DNA from: Candidatus Babeliales bacterium
Lineage (GTDB): Bacteria > Babelota > Babeliae > Babelales > JBFXEV01
Direction: 5' to 3'
Assembly: GCA_050179755.1 (NCBI GenBank)
Contig: JBFXEV010000001.1
Span: forward strand, 35,186-99,185
Length of the DNA: 64,000 bases
Shown here: piece after piece, positions 38,115-47,566 of the stretch
Position numbering within the stretch: position 1 is the stretch's first letter
How the letters are laid out: every line of letters starts with the position of its first letter
Notes under the pieces: model-generated
What the model was told of the DNA's origin: nothing
What the model saw: only the letters and a program-made list of their open reading frames with translations
Database searches by the model: none
Translations under genes and position numbers: made by a program

Positions 38115-40049
38115 TCAAGAAACAATACCATTTGTTGATTGTGCAAATCCATTTTTTGGGACCAAGATAGTCATTGCACCCGGCGCATTCTGTGCAACTT
38201 CCATGCCAGTTTTTGCATCAACTGTCATCGCTTTAAGTGAATGATCAAACGTAAATCGCTTGCTGTTACATGGAACATCTTTGTGTAAACCAAACCAAAT
38301 AGGGAACGCCATGCGCGATGCATAGCAGTTTACACCCATTGGCCGGTTATCATCGCAGCCAATGTATATTGCAGTGGTTAATTCTGGTGTTGCTCCTGCA
38401 AACCACGTAGTGCGCCAATCGTTAGTTGTCCCTGTTTTGCCGATCGCTTCACTATCAATCCATTCTTTGCGTCGTTTCTTACCACGTTCCATACTGGCTT
38501 GCAAAACACTATTAACTTGATCGGCAACATGCGGCTTTACTACCATCTTTTGTTCAGGCAATGACTTATATATTTTTTTACCCAATGCATCTTTTATCCA
38601 CACAATATAATGCGGTTTTGTATATACGCCATGATTGGCAAAAATATTAAATGTACATGCAACATCAATTAATGTGCGATCAATACAACCAAGCGCAAGC
38701 GAAGGATAAGCAGGCACCAAGCCTAATTGGCCTTTTTCTATAATCTCTGCAGCTTTTTCTGGCCCTACGGTAAGCAATGCTTTAATGCTCACAATATTAT
38801 TAGAACGAGATAATGCATGTGCAAGCGTCATCTGACCATCAAATGTTAATGTGTTATTACGCGGCTGCCATACCGTGCCACCAGAAGTAAGCGATAACGG
38901 TTCATCAATAAACGTATCATCAAAGCGCAATCCTCCCTCGATTGCTGCAGCATAAATGAGTGGTTTCAATATGGAACCCATTTGCCGTTGCGCTTGCATT
39001 GCACGATTAAATTTAGATTTTGTAAAATCAAAACCACCCACAAGTGCACGAACTGCACCAGATGCCACATCAAGAGTCACCAATGCACCATCAATATCTG
39101 AGCAAATTTCTTTATGCATCAAACGCATATGCTCTGCAAAAGCACGAGACGCACAGCGTTGAATATTTATGTCAAGTGTAGTTTGAATGCGATATCCTTC
39201 TGAATATAACGCACTCTTGCCCACTAAAGCTTCTACTTCTTGCCTAATTGCTTCCTGCAAATGCGGCGCTAAGAATTCTTGCTGATGCTCCACTATACCA
39301 AGCGGTTGTTGTTGACATGTAGCACATACTTTTTTATCAATAAAATTAAGTTCTCGCATTGATCTGAGCACTACATTGCGACGCTGCTCACTTGATAATG
39401 GGCATAACAATGGCGAATAAAGCCCCGGTGATTTTACAACGGCTGCAAGAGTAGCAGCCTGTTCAATAGAAAGTTGTTGTGCAGATATTCCCCAAAACCG
39501 TTGGCTTGCAGCTTCCACGCCATAAATTCCACACCCAAAATAAACATGATTTAAATAGGTTTGCAGAATTTGCTCTTTGCTAAATTGCCGCTCAATAAGA
39601 AGTGCCATCAGCTGTTCTTTAAACTTGCGGGTAAATGTTTTGGAAGCACCCACATAGAGCAATTTAATAAGTTGCTGCGTGATAGTACTTGCGCCTTGTT
39701 TTTTGCGACCATGGTATATATTCACCAATGTGGAACGCACAATCCCTTTAATAGAAATACCTGGATGATGAAAAAAATCATGGTCCTCTGCTGCAATAAA
39801 CGCTTGTATCAAATGTTGTGGCATTTCATTAAGTGAGATAGGTTTTCGTTTATCGCGTGCAAATCTTGCCCATTCAACACCATGGCAATCAAGCAAGACT
39901 GAAGGTGTTCCTGGCTCATAATGCTCTAAAACAGAAAGATCTACAATGTGATAGTGAGAAACAAAAAAAAGTCCCCCCATGCAAGCTGCTATGCTACATA
40001 ATAAAAGTATAATAACATAGGTAAAATTAATTCTCTTGAATATATACAC
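38115..40049 (-). CDS. Class A penicillin-binding protein (PBP1A family)
   Basis: AAEDHDFFHH, GASTITQQL, RKFKE, YLNHVYFG; transpeptidase SILK, SNN, KTGT. Confidence 0.92.
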   Translation of the reverse strand: MYIFKRINFTYVIILLLCSIAACMGGLFFVSHYHIVDLSVLEHYEPGTPSVLLDCHGVEWARFARDKRKPISLNEMPQHLIQAFIAAEDHDFFHHPGISIKGIVRSTLVNIYHGRKKQGASTITQQLIKLLYVGASKTFTRKFKEQLMALLIERQFSKEQILQTYLNHVYFGCGIYGVEAASQRFWGISAQQLSIEQAATLAAVVKSPGLYSPLLCPLSSEQRRNVVLRSMRELNFIDKKVCATCQQQPLGIVEHQQEFLAPHLQEAIRQEVEALVGKSALYSEGYRIQTTLDINIQRCASRAFAEHMRLMHKEICSDIDGALVTLDVASGAVRALVGGFDFTKSKFNRAMQAQRQMGSILKPLIYAAAIEGGLRFDDTFIDEPLSLTSGGTVWQPRNNTLTFDGQMTLAHALSRSNNIVSIKALLTVGPEKAAEIIEKGQLGLVPAYPSLALGCIDRTLIDVACTFNIFANHGVYTKPHYIVWIKDALGKKIYKSLPEQKMVVKPHVADQVNSVLQASMERGKKRRKEWIDSEAIGKTGTTNDWRTTWFAGATPELTTAIYIGCDDNRPMGVNCYASRMAFPIWFGLHKDVPCNSKRFTFDHSLKAMTVDAKTGMEVAQNAPGAMTILVPKNGFAQSTNGIVS

Positions 40050-40338
40050 GCCAATCGTCTATTTCGGCTTCTGTATCTATTCCCACTAACCCTTGCATCC
40101 AAGGACAGTATTTTAATGATAAGCCAATCGTAATAGCAACAGCAAGAAGAGCAAGTTCCTTTTTATAATGTACAACAAACGTTGCTATTTCTTCTTGCGT
40201 AGCAGCAAATGAAATGCCATTTTTTTGCAGTAAACTTTTAGAAAAAGTAACTGAATTATTTATTGGCACGTGCGTATGAGATAACAACGTGCTCCATACT
40301 AGCGAAGCTGTAAAAACTGACGTAAAAATTTTTTTCAT
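40027..40338 (-). CDS. Hypothetical small membrane/exported protein
   Basis: GGAG SD upstream; signal-like N-terminus plus one TM helix; overlaps PBP start. Confidence 0.55.
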   Translation of the reverse strand: MKKIFTSVFTASLVWSTLLSHTHVPINNSVTFSKSLLQKNGISFAATQEEIATFVVHYKKELALLAVAITIGLSLKYCPWMQGLVGIDTEAEIDDWRVYIQEN

Positions 40339-40401
40339 AGTACTCCTTGCAATTTTGGGTACACTATTGTTATAGAAGACATCTTACTTAACCACTTAAA
40401 A

Positions 40402-40863
40402 TTGTCAATTTACTGCATGCAAAGCTGGCATTATTATCTGATTATCACCTTGGTTTTCTTTCTAAATAATACGCTGCATACTTTATTTGGAATACCTAGC
40501 GCATTATTATTAGGCGTAACTACGTTTATCTTAGTACAACCTCAAAACTCTGCTATGCTTAAAATATATGCCATTGCACTTGTTTGCTTTGATTATTTCG
40601 TTTGGCTTGACCAACTTGGCCCCCCTCTGCTTTATTTAGCCCCTCTTTATCTACTTGCCCCTGCCCTTAATCAACTATTAATGCCCAGGGCAAGAAGCCT
40701 GCTACCTTACGCTTTTTTTTCTAGTGCCTATTTGGTACAGATTTATACCCTGGAACCCTTAACTACCGGGGTTTTACCACCTTTTGCCTGTACAATTTGG
40801 CCTTTTTGTGCTATAGTACTAGGGATATATAGCTTTGAAATATATAGATCAACAGCAGTTTAG
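40402..40863 (+). CDS. Multi-pass membrane protein (possibly MreD-like)
   Basis: About five hydrophobic segments in 153 aa; start codon uncertain. Confidence 0.45.
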   Translation: MSIYCMQSWHYYLIITLVFFLNNTLHTLFGIPSALLLGVTTFILVQPQNSAMLKIYAIALVCFDYFVWLDQLGPPLLYLAPLYLLAPALNQLLMPRARSLLPYAFFSSAYLVQIYTLEPLTTGVLPPFACTIWPFCAIVLGIYSFEIYRSTAV

Positions 40864-41258
40864 GTAATCGCTTTCTCTTTTAAAAATTGAGAGAAAGAGG
40901 AAAGTCCGGACTCCAAATAAACACGGTACCATGCAAGAACTTGTTTCAAGCATGGGCAGGGTAAAAAAACACTATCCTGACGGCAAGTGCCACAGAAAAT
41001 AACCACCTTAACCCGCTCATCCTGCGCTTGTCGAAGGATTTGAGCGGATCAGGTAAGGGTGAAAATGTGCGGTAAGAGCGCACAAAACAAAGCAGCAATG
41101 TTTTGTTTGGGCAAACCCTCCGGGAGCAAGACAAACAGTGCGTTCGGTTGTTTATTCCGATTTAAAACGTGCGGGTACGTTGCATAGATAAATGGTTACC
41201 ATATTACGCATCGCAAGATGTGCAATAACAGAATCCGGCTTATTAATTGTTGTTGATC
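40847..41258 (+). ncRNA. rnpB: RNase P RNA
   Basis: GAGGAAAGTCCGGACTCC, AGTGCCACAGAAA, AGGGTGAAA..GCGGTAAGAGCGCAC, GGCAAACCC, ACAGAATCCGGCTTA; P1 ends GATCAACAGCAGTT / AATTGTTGTTGATC pair. Confidence 0.95.
41013..41047 (+). repeat. Palindromic element within the P12 region of rnpB
   Basis: CCGCTCATCCTGCGCTTGTCGAAGGATTTGAGCGG; its core matches 41279-41303 with one mismatch. Confidence 0.7.
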
Positions 41259-41329
41259 CTCCTACGCTTATCCGGGCACGCTCATCCTGAGCTTGTCGAA
41301 GGACGGGCTCGGCAAGCTACGGGGACAGG
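41256..41329 (+). repeat. Composite nested palindromic element downstream of rnpB
   Basis: Outer ends match 57091-57121; middle arms match the reverse complement of 57152-57187; inner CTCATCCTGAGCTTGTCGAAGGA. Confidence 0.75.
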
Positions 41330-41348
41330 CCTTTTAAATTTTCAGTAC

Positions 41349-42074
41349 ATGAAATTCATACCTTCGATGAAACTAACAAACTTCCTCTGGGCATTACCCT
41401 TCATTTGTTTTATAAGCACTTATACTATTCTCACGCTTATTTTTACCGCACCTCCAATTCCAGCACCATCACTTATTGGCAAACAATTGCCAGAAGCGTT
41501 TACCATTCTTTCGCACCATAATTTAAATCCACGCATCTTACATGAGCAAGTTGATAATGATGTGCCTGCTGGTACCATTTTGAGCCAAACCCCGCTTGCT
41601 GGCCAAAAAATTAAACCTTATCAACAGCTTTTTTTAACGGTTAGCAAAAAAGCAGAAAAAACTATTGCACCATCCGTGCAAGGCAAAACATATGAACAAG
41701 TTGTGGAACAACTTACCAAAGCTCATATAAAACATAAACGATATGATCTTGCAAGCAAAAAACCAATGGGTACTATTATTGCACAATTGCCTGCAGCAGG
41801 CGCACCTCTTGAACAAAACAGCATGATTCTTTATGTATCGCAAGGAAATAATAAGCCAATTTTATGCCCCCAATTTATTGGCAAAACGGTTAAAGAGGTA
41901 ACCCAATTTTTAGAAACATATAATATAGCACCCGAAGTATATCATGCACATACAATGTATGATAATCATTCATGTGCAAACTGCGTAGTACTCAATCAAC
42001 AACCCCTTGCAGGAACTATTATTGACCTTCATCAAGGTTTGACTGTACAGTTGAAGGTGACTCACTGCATGTAA
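41349..42074 (+). CDS. Membrane-anchored PASTA-domain protein
   Basis: N-terminal TM then three PASTA-like repeats (PSLIGK..GTILSQTP; PSVQGK..GTIIAQLP; PQFIGK..VLNQQP). Confidence 0.85.
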   Translation: MKFIPSMKLTNFLWALPFICFISTYTILTLIFTAPPIPAPSLIGKQLPEAFTILSHHNLNPRILHEQVDNDVPAGTILSQTPLAGQKIKPYQQLFLTVSKKAEKTIAPSVQGKTYEQVVEQLTKAHIKHKRYDLASKKPMGTIIAQLPAAGAPLEQNSMILYVSQGNNKPILCPQFIGKTVKEVTQFLETYNIAPEVYHAHTMYDNHSCANCVVLNQQPLAGTIIDLHQGLTVQLKVTHCM

Positions 42075-42912
42075 GCATGCCATCTTGATACGCATACGTA
42101 TTTCTAAAAGTAACTAATCTATTTATAGACGCAATAATATCAGGCACATAAAGCTTAATTTGTGTAGGATTAAGCAATCTTGCCCGCTCATCATGCGCAT
42201 AATAAAGTTCCTCCAGAGCCTCAGGAGTCATCTCTTCATTATCTTGTGCCGTCAACGCACGAGATACTACATCTAATTTTTCAGACACTAATGCATTAAT
42301 GGCGTTAAGCTCATCTTCTTTTGGAAAATAGAACGGTGGCAATAAACAATAACTTGCAATAATTTTACAGACGTCTGTTACCAACCTCCGTGGGTTTTCT
42401 GGACGTTTAAAACACAGCATTATGATAAATCCACTATTTTTTAACCGTCGCAAATTAATTGAACTGTACGGCACATATGTTAATAATCCTTTAACAAATT
42501 CACGGCTCTTTGACGCACTCAAATGCATCGTATTATGTTGATTACTATCACATGCAGAGAGATCGGCTCCATGATCAAGTAAAAGAGCTGCTAGTTTAAA
42601 ATCTGTTGGTATGGTATCCCAAACCATTGAAAGAAGTGGTGTTTTATATTGTTTATTACGCGCATCAACTGGTACCTTATGTTGCAAAAGATAGGCCGCT
42701 ATAATAGGATTAGGAGCTACATGTAGCAAAGTATTACCATCACTATCACGGCATTGCAAAAATAGCTCTGAATTACATGCTGTACTAAATGTTTGTCTAA
42801 GCTCGGGTAAATTGCCCTTTCTGACTAATGCAAACAAATCAGTTTGCATCGCAATGACATTAAAAAAACCCAAAAATAAGAGAAGCACATAACAACAAAA
42901 AGAATATGCCAC
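42019..42912 (-). CDS. Secreted ankyrin-repeat protein
   Basis: Signal peptide; DGNTLLHVA, KTPLL, LLDHGAD, HNTMHLSA. Confidence 0.75.
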   Translation of the reverse strand: MAYSFCCYVLLLFLGFFNVIAMQTDLFALVRKGNLPELRQTFSTACNSELFLQCRDSDGNTLLHVAPNPIIAAYLLQHKVPVDARNKQYKTPLLSMVWDTIPTDFKLAALLLDHGADLSACDSNQHNTMHLSASKSREFVKGLLTYVPYSSINLRRLKNSGFIIMLCFKRPENPRRLVTDVCKIIASYCLLPPFYFPKEDELNAINALVSEKLDVVSRALTAQDNEEMTPEALEELYYAHDERARLLNPTQIKLYVPDIIASINRLVTFRNTYAYQDGMLTCSESPSTVQSNLDEGQ

Positions 42913-42990
42913 TCCAGCTCCTTTTTACCATACCTTCATACTTTAGGTATACCAAAAAAGAGACTGCTAAATCAATGAAATAAAGCAAGA

Positions 42991-43680
42991 TTATGCGCCG
43001 AAATTGCGCGTGACTTCTTCAAAATAACCTAATGCTGTATCAAGATCATTTTCTTGTATATCAGGCCATAGACAATCAAGAAAGTAAAGTTCACTATAGG
43101 CTGCCTGAAAGAGCAAGAAATTGCTCAAACGATTTCTGCCGCCAGTGCGAATGATAAGTTCTGGCTCGGGGATAGCGCCAGTCCATAAATAAGAATTAAC
43201 TAATGTATCATTAATTTGATCTAGTTTTATAATACCTGCCTGCACATCTTGTGCAATTGCCTTACATGCATGCGCAATTTCTTGTTGACCACCATAGCAA
43301 AAAAGCAAATTAACTTGCAAAGTGTCTAAATGTTTTGTTTCATGCTCAACCTCTTCAATGGTAGACTGCACGCTGGCTGGGAATAATGATCTATCTCCAA
43401 TAAAGCAAATGCGTATACCCTTGATAATTAGTTCAGATAATCGCTTATGAGCTTCATGCGCCAAGATCTCAAACAAAAAACTTTTCTCTTCAGGGCTGCG
43501 ATTAAAATTTTCAAGTGAGAACGTATACAGTGAAAGATATTTAATCTGTTTATTTAGACAATAGTTAAGTACTTTTTGTGCCGCCTGCACGCCTTCTTGA
43601 TGCCCCTTCCAAGGAGTAAGCAAGCGTTTTTTTGCCCAACGGCGATTTCCATCCATTATCAATGCTAGATGTTTGATCAT
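42991..43680 (-). CDS. uppS: Undecaprenyl diphosphate synthase
   Basis: HLALIMDGNRRWA, FSLENFNRS, YGGQQEI, IIRTGGRNRLSNFLL, WPD, RNFG. Confidence 0.95.
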   Translation of the reverse strand: MIKHLALIMDGNRRWAKKRLLTPWKGHQEGVQAAQKVLNYCLNKQIKYLSLYTFSLENFNRSPEEKSFLFEILAHEAHKRLSELIIKGIRICFIGDRSLFPASVQSTIEEVEHETKHLDTLQVNLLFCYGGQQEIAHACKAIAQDVQAGIIKLDQINDTLVNSYLWTGAIPEPELIIRTGGRNRLSNFLLFQAAYSELYFLDCLWPDIQENDLDTALGYFEEVTRNFGA

Positions 43681-44126
43681 AAACTGAGATCTTCGGGCGT
43701 ATATTCTGCTGCAGTGCACATAACCGGAAACAATTCATCAATATCATGACATATTTCTTCTGCAATATCACCATCAAATACTTGCCCGGTCATGCCATAT
43801 ACTGCTACAAGCTCCAAGCAACCAACATAATCTTCCTGAGATAAAATATGTTTTTGGAATGCAGCTTCAAAAATCATGCCCGCGGAAGTTTCTGGTTGCT
43901 CAAATTCATAAATCATGCCAACTCGCTCTGCCATATAACTACAGAGCGCATGAAAAGCTACTTCAAAAGCACGCACCGCTGAAAGGCGCACATGCGGATA
44001 GGTTGGAGACGTTTGATAAGCTTGATTCAATTTTGTTAGTGCCGCATGCAATGCATCTAAATGTTTAATAACAATCTGATGCTTTTTTTTAATAATTTCT
44101 TTGCGTTCGCTCGGTATTTGCAACAT
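43677..44126 (-). CDS. HI0074-like (HEPN / nucleotidyltransferase substrate-binding) protein, likely inactive
   Basis: RLSAVRAFEVAFHAL resembles RDxxIQRFEFTYEL; IFEAAFQKHIL; the RNxxxH motif is absent. Confidence 0.55.
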   Translation of the reverse strand: MLQIPSERKEIIKKKHQIVIKHLDALHAALTKLNQAYQTSPTYPHVRLSAVRAFEVAFHALCSYMAERVGMIYEFEQPETSAGMIFEAAFQKHILSQEDYVGCLELVAVYGMTGQVFDGDIAEEICHDIDELFPVMCTAAEYTPEDLSL

Positions 44127-44128
44127 AG

Positions 44129-44779
44129 TTATATCTTGGAAACCTGCTGTTTTGCTCCATAAAGCACTCTCACATCAACAGCCTGTATAAAGGCCACACC
44201 ATGCATTATTATAACCATGCCTAATGCACATACTAATCGCTCAACCGCCACAAAAGGTAGCAACCCTGACCAGATTGCAGCAGTAGTTGGCATTATATAA
44301 AGCCATAGCACAGAGCCTACTGCATGTTGCACAAATGTGGCGCCAAGCGCGGTGGTAAATTGCGTTTGTTGCGTGTAATATAGCACCACTGGAATCAACC
44401 AGTAGCAGGCATAGAACCAGGCTTGACCGCCTACCGGATGCGCTATAAAAAGGACCATACACAAAAGAGGCGTTGCCACACGAATCCAAAAGGAAGTTGA
44501 TCTAAAATAGAGTGCTGCCGCAAAAGTGGGCAAATACAATGAGAAAGGAGACAATAAACTTGTTCCCATAAAAACGCAATGCACCATACGGCGCAGCAAA
44601 AAAAGACCTGCTCCAAAGCCCATGCCTGTATAGAGACTTACTAATGGACCACCAAGAGAGAATCCCGAAAAAACTGCGGTTTTTGCTCCTAAAAGCACAT
44701 TTATTTTTAATAAACTAAGTAATTCTAGGATACTAAAGCCTACCACCACAGTAATAATGCTTGCTAATCTACGATTCAT
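44129..44779 (-). CDS. Integral membrane protein (possibly ECF S-component-like)
   Basis: About 6-7 TM segments; FIAHPVG, ATFVQHAVG, ERL. Confidence 0.55.
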   Translation of the reverse strand: MNRRLASIITVVVGFSILELLSLLKINVLLGAKTAVFSGFSLGGPLVSLYTGMGFGAGLFLLRRMVHCVFMGTSLLSPFSLYLPTFAAALYFRSTSFWIRVATPLLCMVLFIAHPVGGQAWFYACYWLIPVVLYYTQQTQFTTALGATFVQHAVGSVLWLYIMPTTAAIWSGLLPFVAVERLVCALGMVIIMHGVAFIQAVDVRVLYGAKQQVSKI

Positions 44780-44943
44780 TGTAAGTCACCCTTTAAAGAC
44801 TGCTTATGAACAAAATATATTTGTAGTAATAAGAATACAGCAAAGTAAGAAAAAAGGGAAAGATTACTTAGGCCGACCCATCGGTTTACAATAGAGTAGA
44901 TGTCTTTAATAGAAGTTCACTAAATATTTTCAAGCAATTATCT

Positions 44944-45066
44944 CTGGCGCCGCTTCCTCCGCGGCAAGCGCACCCTTTTTGGTGCATCCTACTTGGCAAA
45001 GGCTTAAAAAGGACACGGAAAGGGTGCAAAAAGTAATTAAGGGCATGCTATCCCTTAATAATCCCA
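44944..45066 (+). repeat. GC-rich hairpin element resembling the left end of the 56.7-57.2 kb element
   Basis: GCGCCGC..CGGC..GCACCCTTTTT..GCAAAAAG..AAGGG..CCCTT..AATCCC layout parallels 56697-56802. Confidence 0.4.
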
Positions 45067-45249
45067 TACCTTATTTTGTTGCTGCTGAAATATTAAAATA
45101 CTTCTACAATAAACTTAATAATGGAGTTAATTAACTAATTTCTGCTTAAATCTTTAGGATTCAACTTAACTATTGTGTACATTAAATGATGTGAGAAAAT
45201 AGATCTTAAATTTTATTAACCAAGACCAAATGGTTACCAAATATAAAAG

Positions 45250-46027
45250 ATGATTGAGCGTTGCCGTAGTGCTTTGCTCATTAATCTCAACCTCAATTGG
45301 TGCAACAAACAAATAGGATTGCTGTTGCCCCGTTATAAAAGAACATTACAAACCAGAACATCATAATTCTAAATTTCGCAAAGAAGGTGCAAACATAACC
45401 CAACTCGATCTCACTCCCGTAAATATTACCGTAGCTGAAAACTATCCTGATAATGGCCAAACCATTAATCTTATTGCAAAAATTGCAAGTCAAAATACTA
45501 GCGGGAAAAACGTGCTCTTTCTACACGGATTTCCACACTGTCACTCGTTATGGAGCACAACTGAGACCTGGATCTAAGTTACGCACTAAACATAACTTAT
45601 ACACATTAGATTTTCGTGGTCAAGGTGAATCTGATAAACCTGCACCTTCTGCGCCACCTGCGCCAGATGGTACTGACACTGTTTACCGCCCATGGCAAAA
45701 TTATGCCAATGATATTCATCAAGCAATTCTACGATTGGGCCTTACAGATCTTAATAAACCTGTGTTCGTTGCACATTCAGCTGGCGCATTTTTCCTCAAT
45801 GATTACTTACGCATGAATGATCCTGTATGGGCAGCTGTAACAGTGCCTACATGAGTAATTCATGGCGTAAATGATCATGTATATTATTTGCCGCAAAAGA
45901 ACATCTTGCTCTCGTAATTCCAAAAGCAAAATTAAAAGCATTCAAGCCGGGTAGTCACTTTCCACCATTACAAAATACAAAGAAATTCAATAAAGTGTTA
46001 TTAAAGTTTCTTAAATATTATAACTAG
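45250..46027 (+). pseudogene. Alpha/beta-hydrolase pseudogene
   Basis: Fragments in different frames: VLFLHGFP; LDFRGQGESDKP; VAHSAG; VPT*VIHGVND; GSHFPPLQNTKKFNKVLLKFL; 5' boundary approximate. Confidence 0.75.
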
Positions 46028-46028
46028 T

Positions 46029-46063
46029 AAAAAGGGGGGGTGGTTGACGCCCGACCCCTTTTT
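46029..46063 (+). terminator. Rho-independent terminator
   Basis: AAAAAGGGG..GACCCCTTTTT hairpin after the pseudogene. Confidence 0.6.
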
Positions 46064-46125
46064 ACGTAACATGTGAGCTAATATCATTAAATCTCATGAA
46101 TCTTTTGTAAAAGCACGAAATTAAT

Positions 46126-47484
46126 ATGGTACTTATTGTATTTATAACATTTATTGTGTGCTATCTATGCATTGGTATATGGAATAGCCGGCATGTAAAA
46201 ACACTCAATGATTTTTTTATACGATCACGCTCACTATCGCTGATTGAAACCACTGCAAGTCTAGTAGTTACTCAACTCGGGAGTAACATGATTCTAGATA
46301 CTTCGCGAAAAGGATTTGAGTACGGAGTATACGGAATATTCTATCCTCTTGGCATCTCAGTAGGATTATTGCTACTTACAAGTACACTAGCAGAAAGATG
46401 GCGCACGTTGAACATCAATACTACTGCAGAGCTCTTTATAAATCGCTTTAAAAGTGTCTATTTACATAAATTGGCAGGATGCATAGGTCTGATAAGCCTG
46501 TTTGGCATTCTTGTGGCACAAGTTGCCGCCTTGCGGTTTGTTATTTGCCCCTATTTATCAATTGCCAACATGTGTCTTTTTATAGCCACATGGCTCTGTA
46601 TAGTCTTCTACACCATGCTTGGTGGACTATCGTCCGTTATCAACACTGGTTTTTTGCAAGGCATTCTTTTATACGGTTTTTTTGGATTATTTATTGTCAC
46701 CGTTCTGATCACAACACCTTTTTCTATTGCTGAATTAGCTGCTGAAGCTGTCAGGCGTCCAATCGTACCCAAAGAACTTACCTTTACTCAAACCCTTTCA
46801 TTATTTATTCTACCTGGACTCTATGTTATTATTTCACAAACAATTATTCAATTCATAATTAAAGCTAAAACAGTAAAAGTTGCAAAAGCTGCAACCTCAC
46901 TTTCCTCATTCTTACTAATAGGCTTCACTTTTGTACCATTTATGGGCGGGCTTATCGCAAAAAAAATGACTCCTCATATTGATGCATCTACTCACGTAAT
47001 CGTTGCGGTGATGAGAGCATTAACACCAACATGGATGCTTGCTCTTGGTATAGCGGCAATCAGCGCCGCAATCATATCAACTGCAGACGCCCTACTTTTG
47101 GGTGCAAGTTCTTTTATTATTCACGATATAATGCCAAAATATAAGTATAACTTTCTTATAACTCGATTGCTTATTGCACTCACCGGATTGATGAGCCTTG
47201 TGGCTTCGTATTATGTTGAAGAGAGAGTTGTATTTCTTATACTGCATAGTTATGAATTGGCACTGAGCGTATTATTTATACCGAGTATTATATGCTTATA
47301 TTTTCCCGAGGTACCCGTATCAACAAATTGTGCATGGGCATCTTGCATTATAGGCGGTTGTAGTTATCTGCTTGGTGCATTCTTGCTGCCTTCTACTGTG
47401 CCCCATATTTTAATTACTTTCGGTCTTGCAAGCCTACCTTTTGTAGTTTACAAATTTAAAATGCAGAAACTTCAAGTTAAGTAA
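46126..47484 (+). CDS. Sodium:solute symporter (SSS) family transporter
   Basis: Many TMs; DFFIRSRSL, YTMLGGLSSVINTGFLQ, SAAIISTADALL. Confidence 0.88.
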   Translation: MVLIVFITFIVCYLCIGIWNSRHVKTLNDFFIRSRSLSLIETTASLVVTQLGSNMILDTSRKGFEYGVYGIFYPLGISVGLLLLTSTLAERWRTLNINTTAELFINRFKSVYLHKLAGCIGLISLFGILVAQVAALRFVICPYLSIANMCLFIATWLCIVFYTMLGGLSSVINTGFLQGILLYGFFGLFIVTVLITTPFSIAELAAEAVRRPIVPKELTFTQTLSLFILPGLYVIISQTIIQFIIKAKTVKVAKAATSLSSFLLIGFTFVPFMGGLIAKKMTPHIDASTHVIVAVMRALTPTWMLALGIAAISAAIISTADALLLGASSFIIHDIMPKYKYNFLITRLLIALTGLMSLVASYYVEERVVFLILHSYELALSVLFIPSIICLYFPEVPVSTNCAWASCIIGGCSYLLGAFLLPSTVPHILITFGLASLPFVVYKFKMQKLQVK

Positions 47485-47566
47485 TTACGATCGATTTTTT
47501 TTAGGTAAACAATACTGCAGCGCACTTGAATGAGAACTATTCTTTAGATACTGTATAAAATTTATT

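Noticed and set aside
41247-41348. N-terminal extension (…HAHPELVEGRARQATGTG…) of the PASTA ORF
   Set aside because: It is the translation of the nested palindromic repeat and overlaps rnpB; the real start is more likely ATG 41349 or 41367
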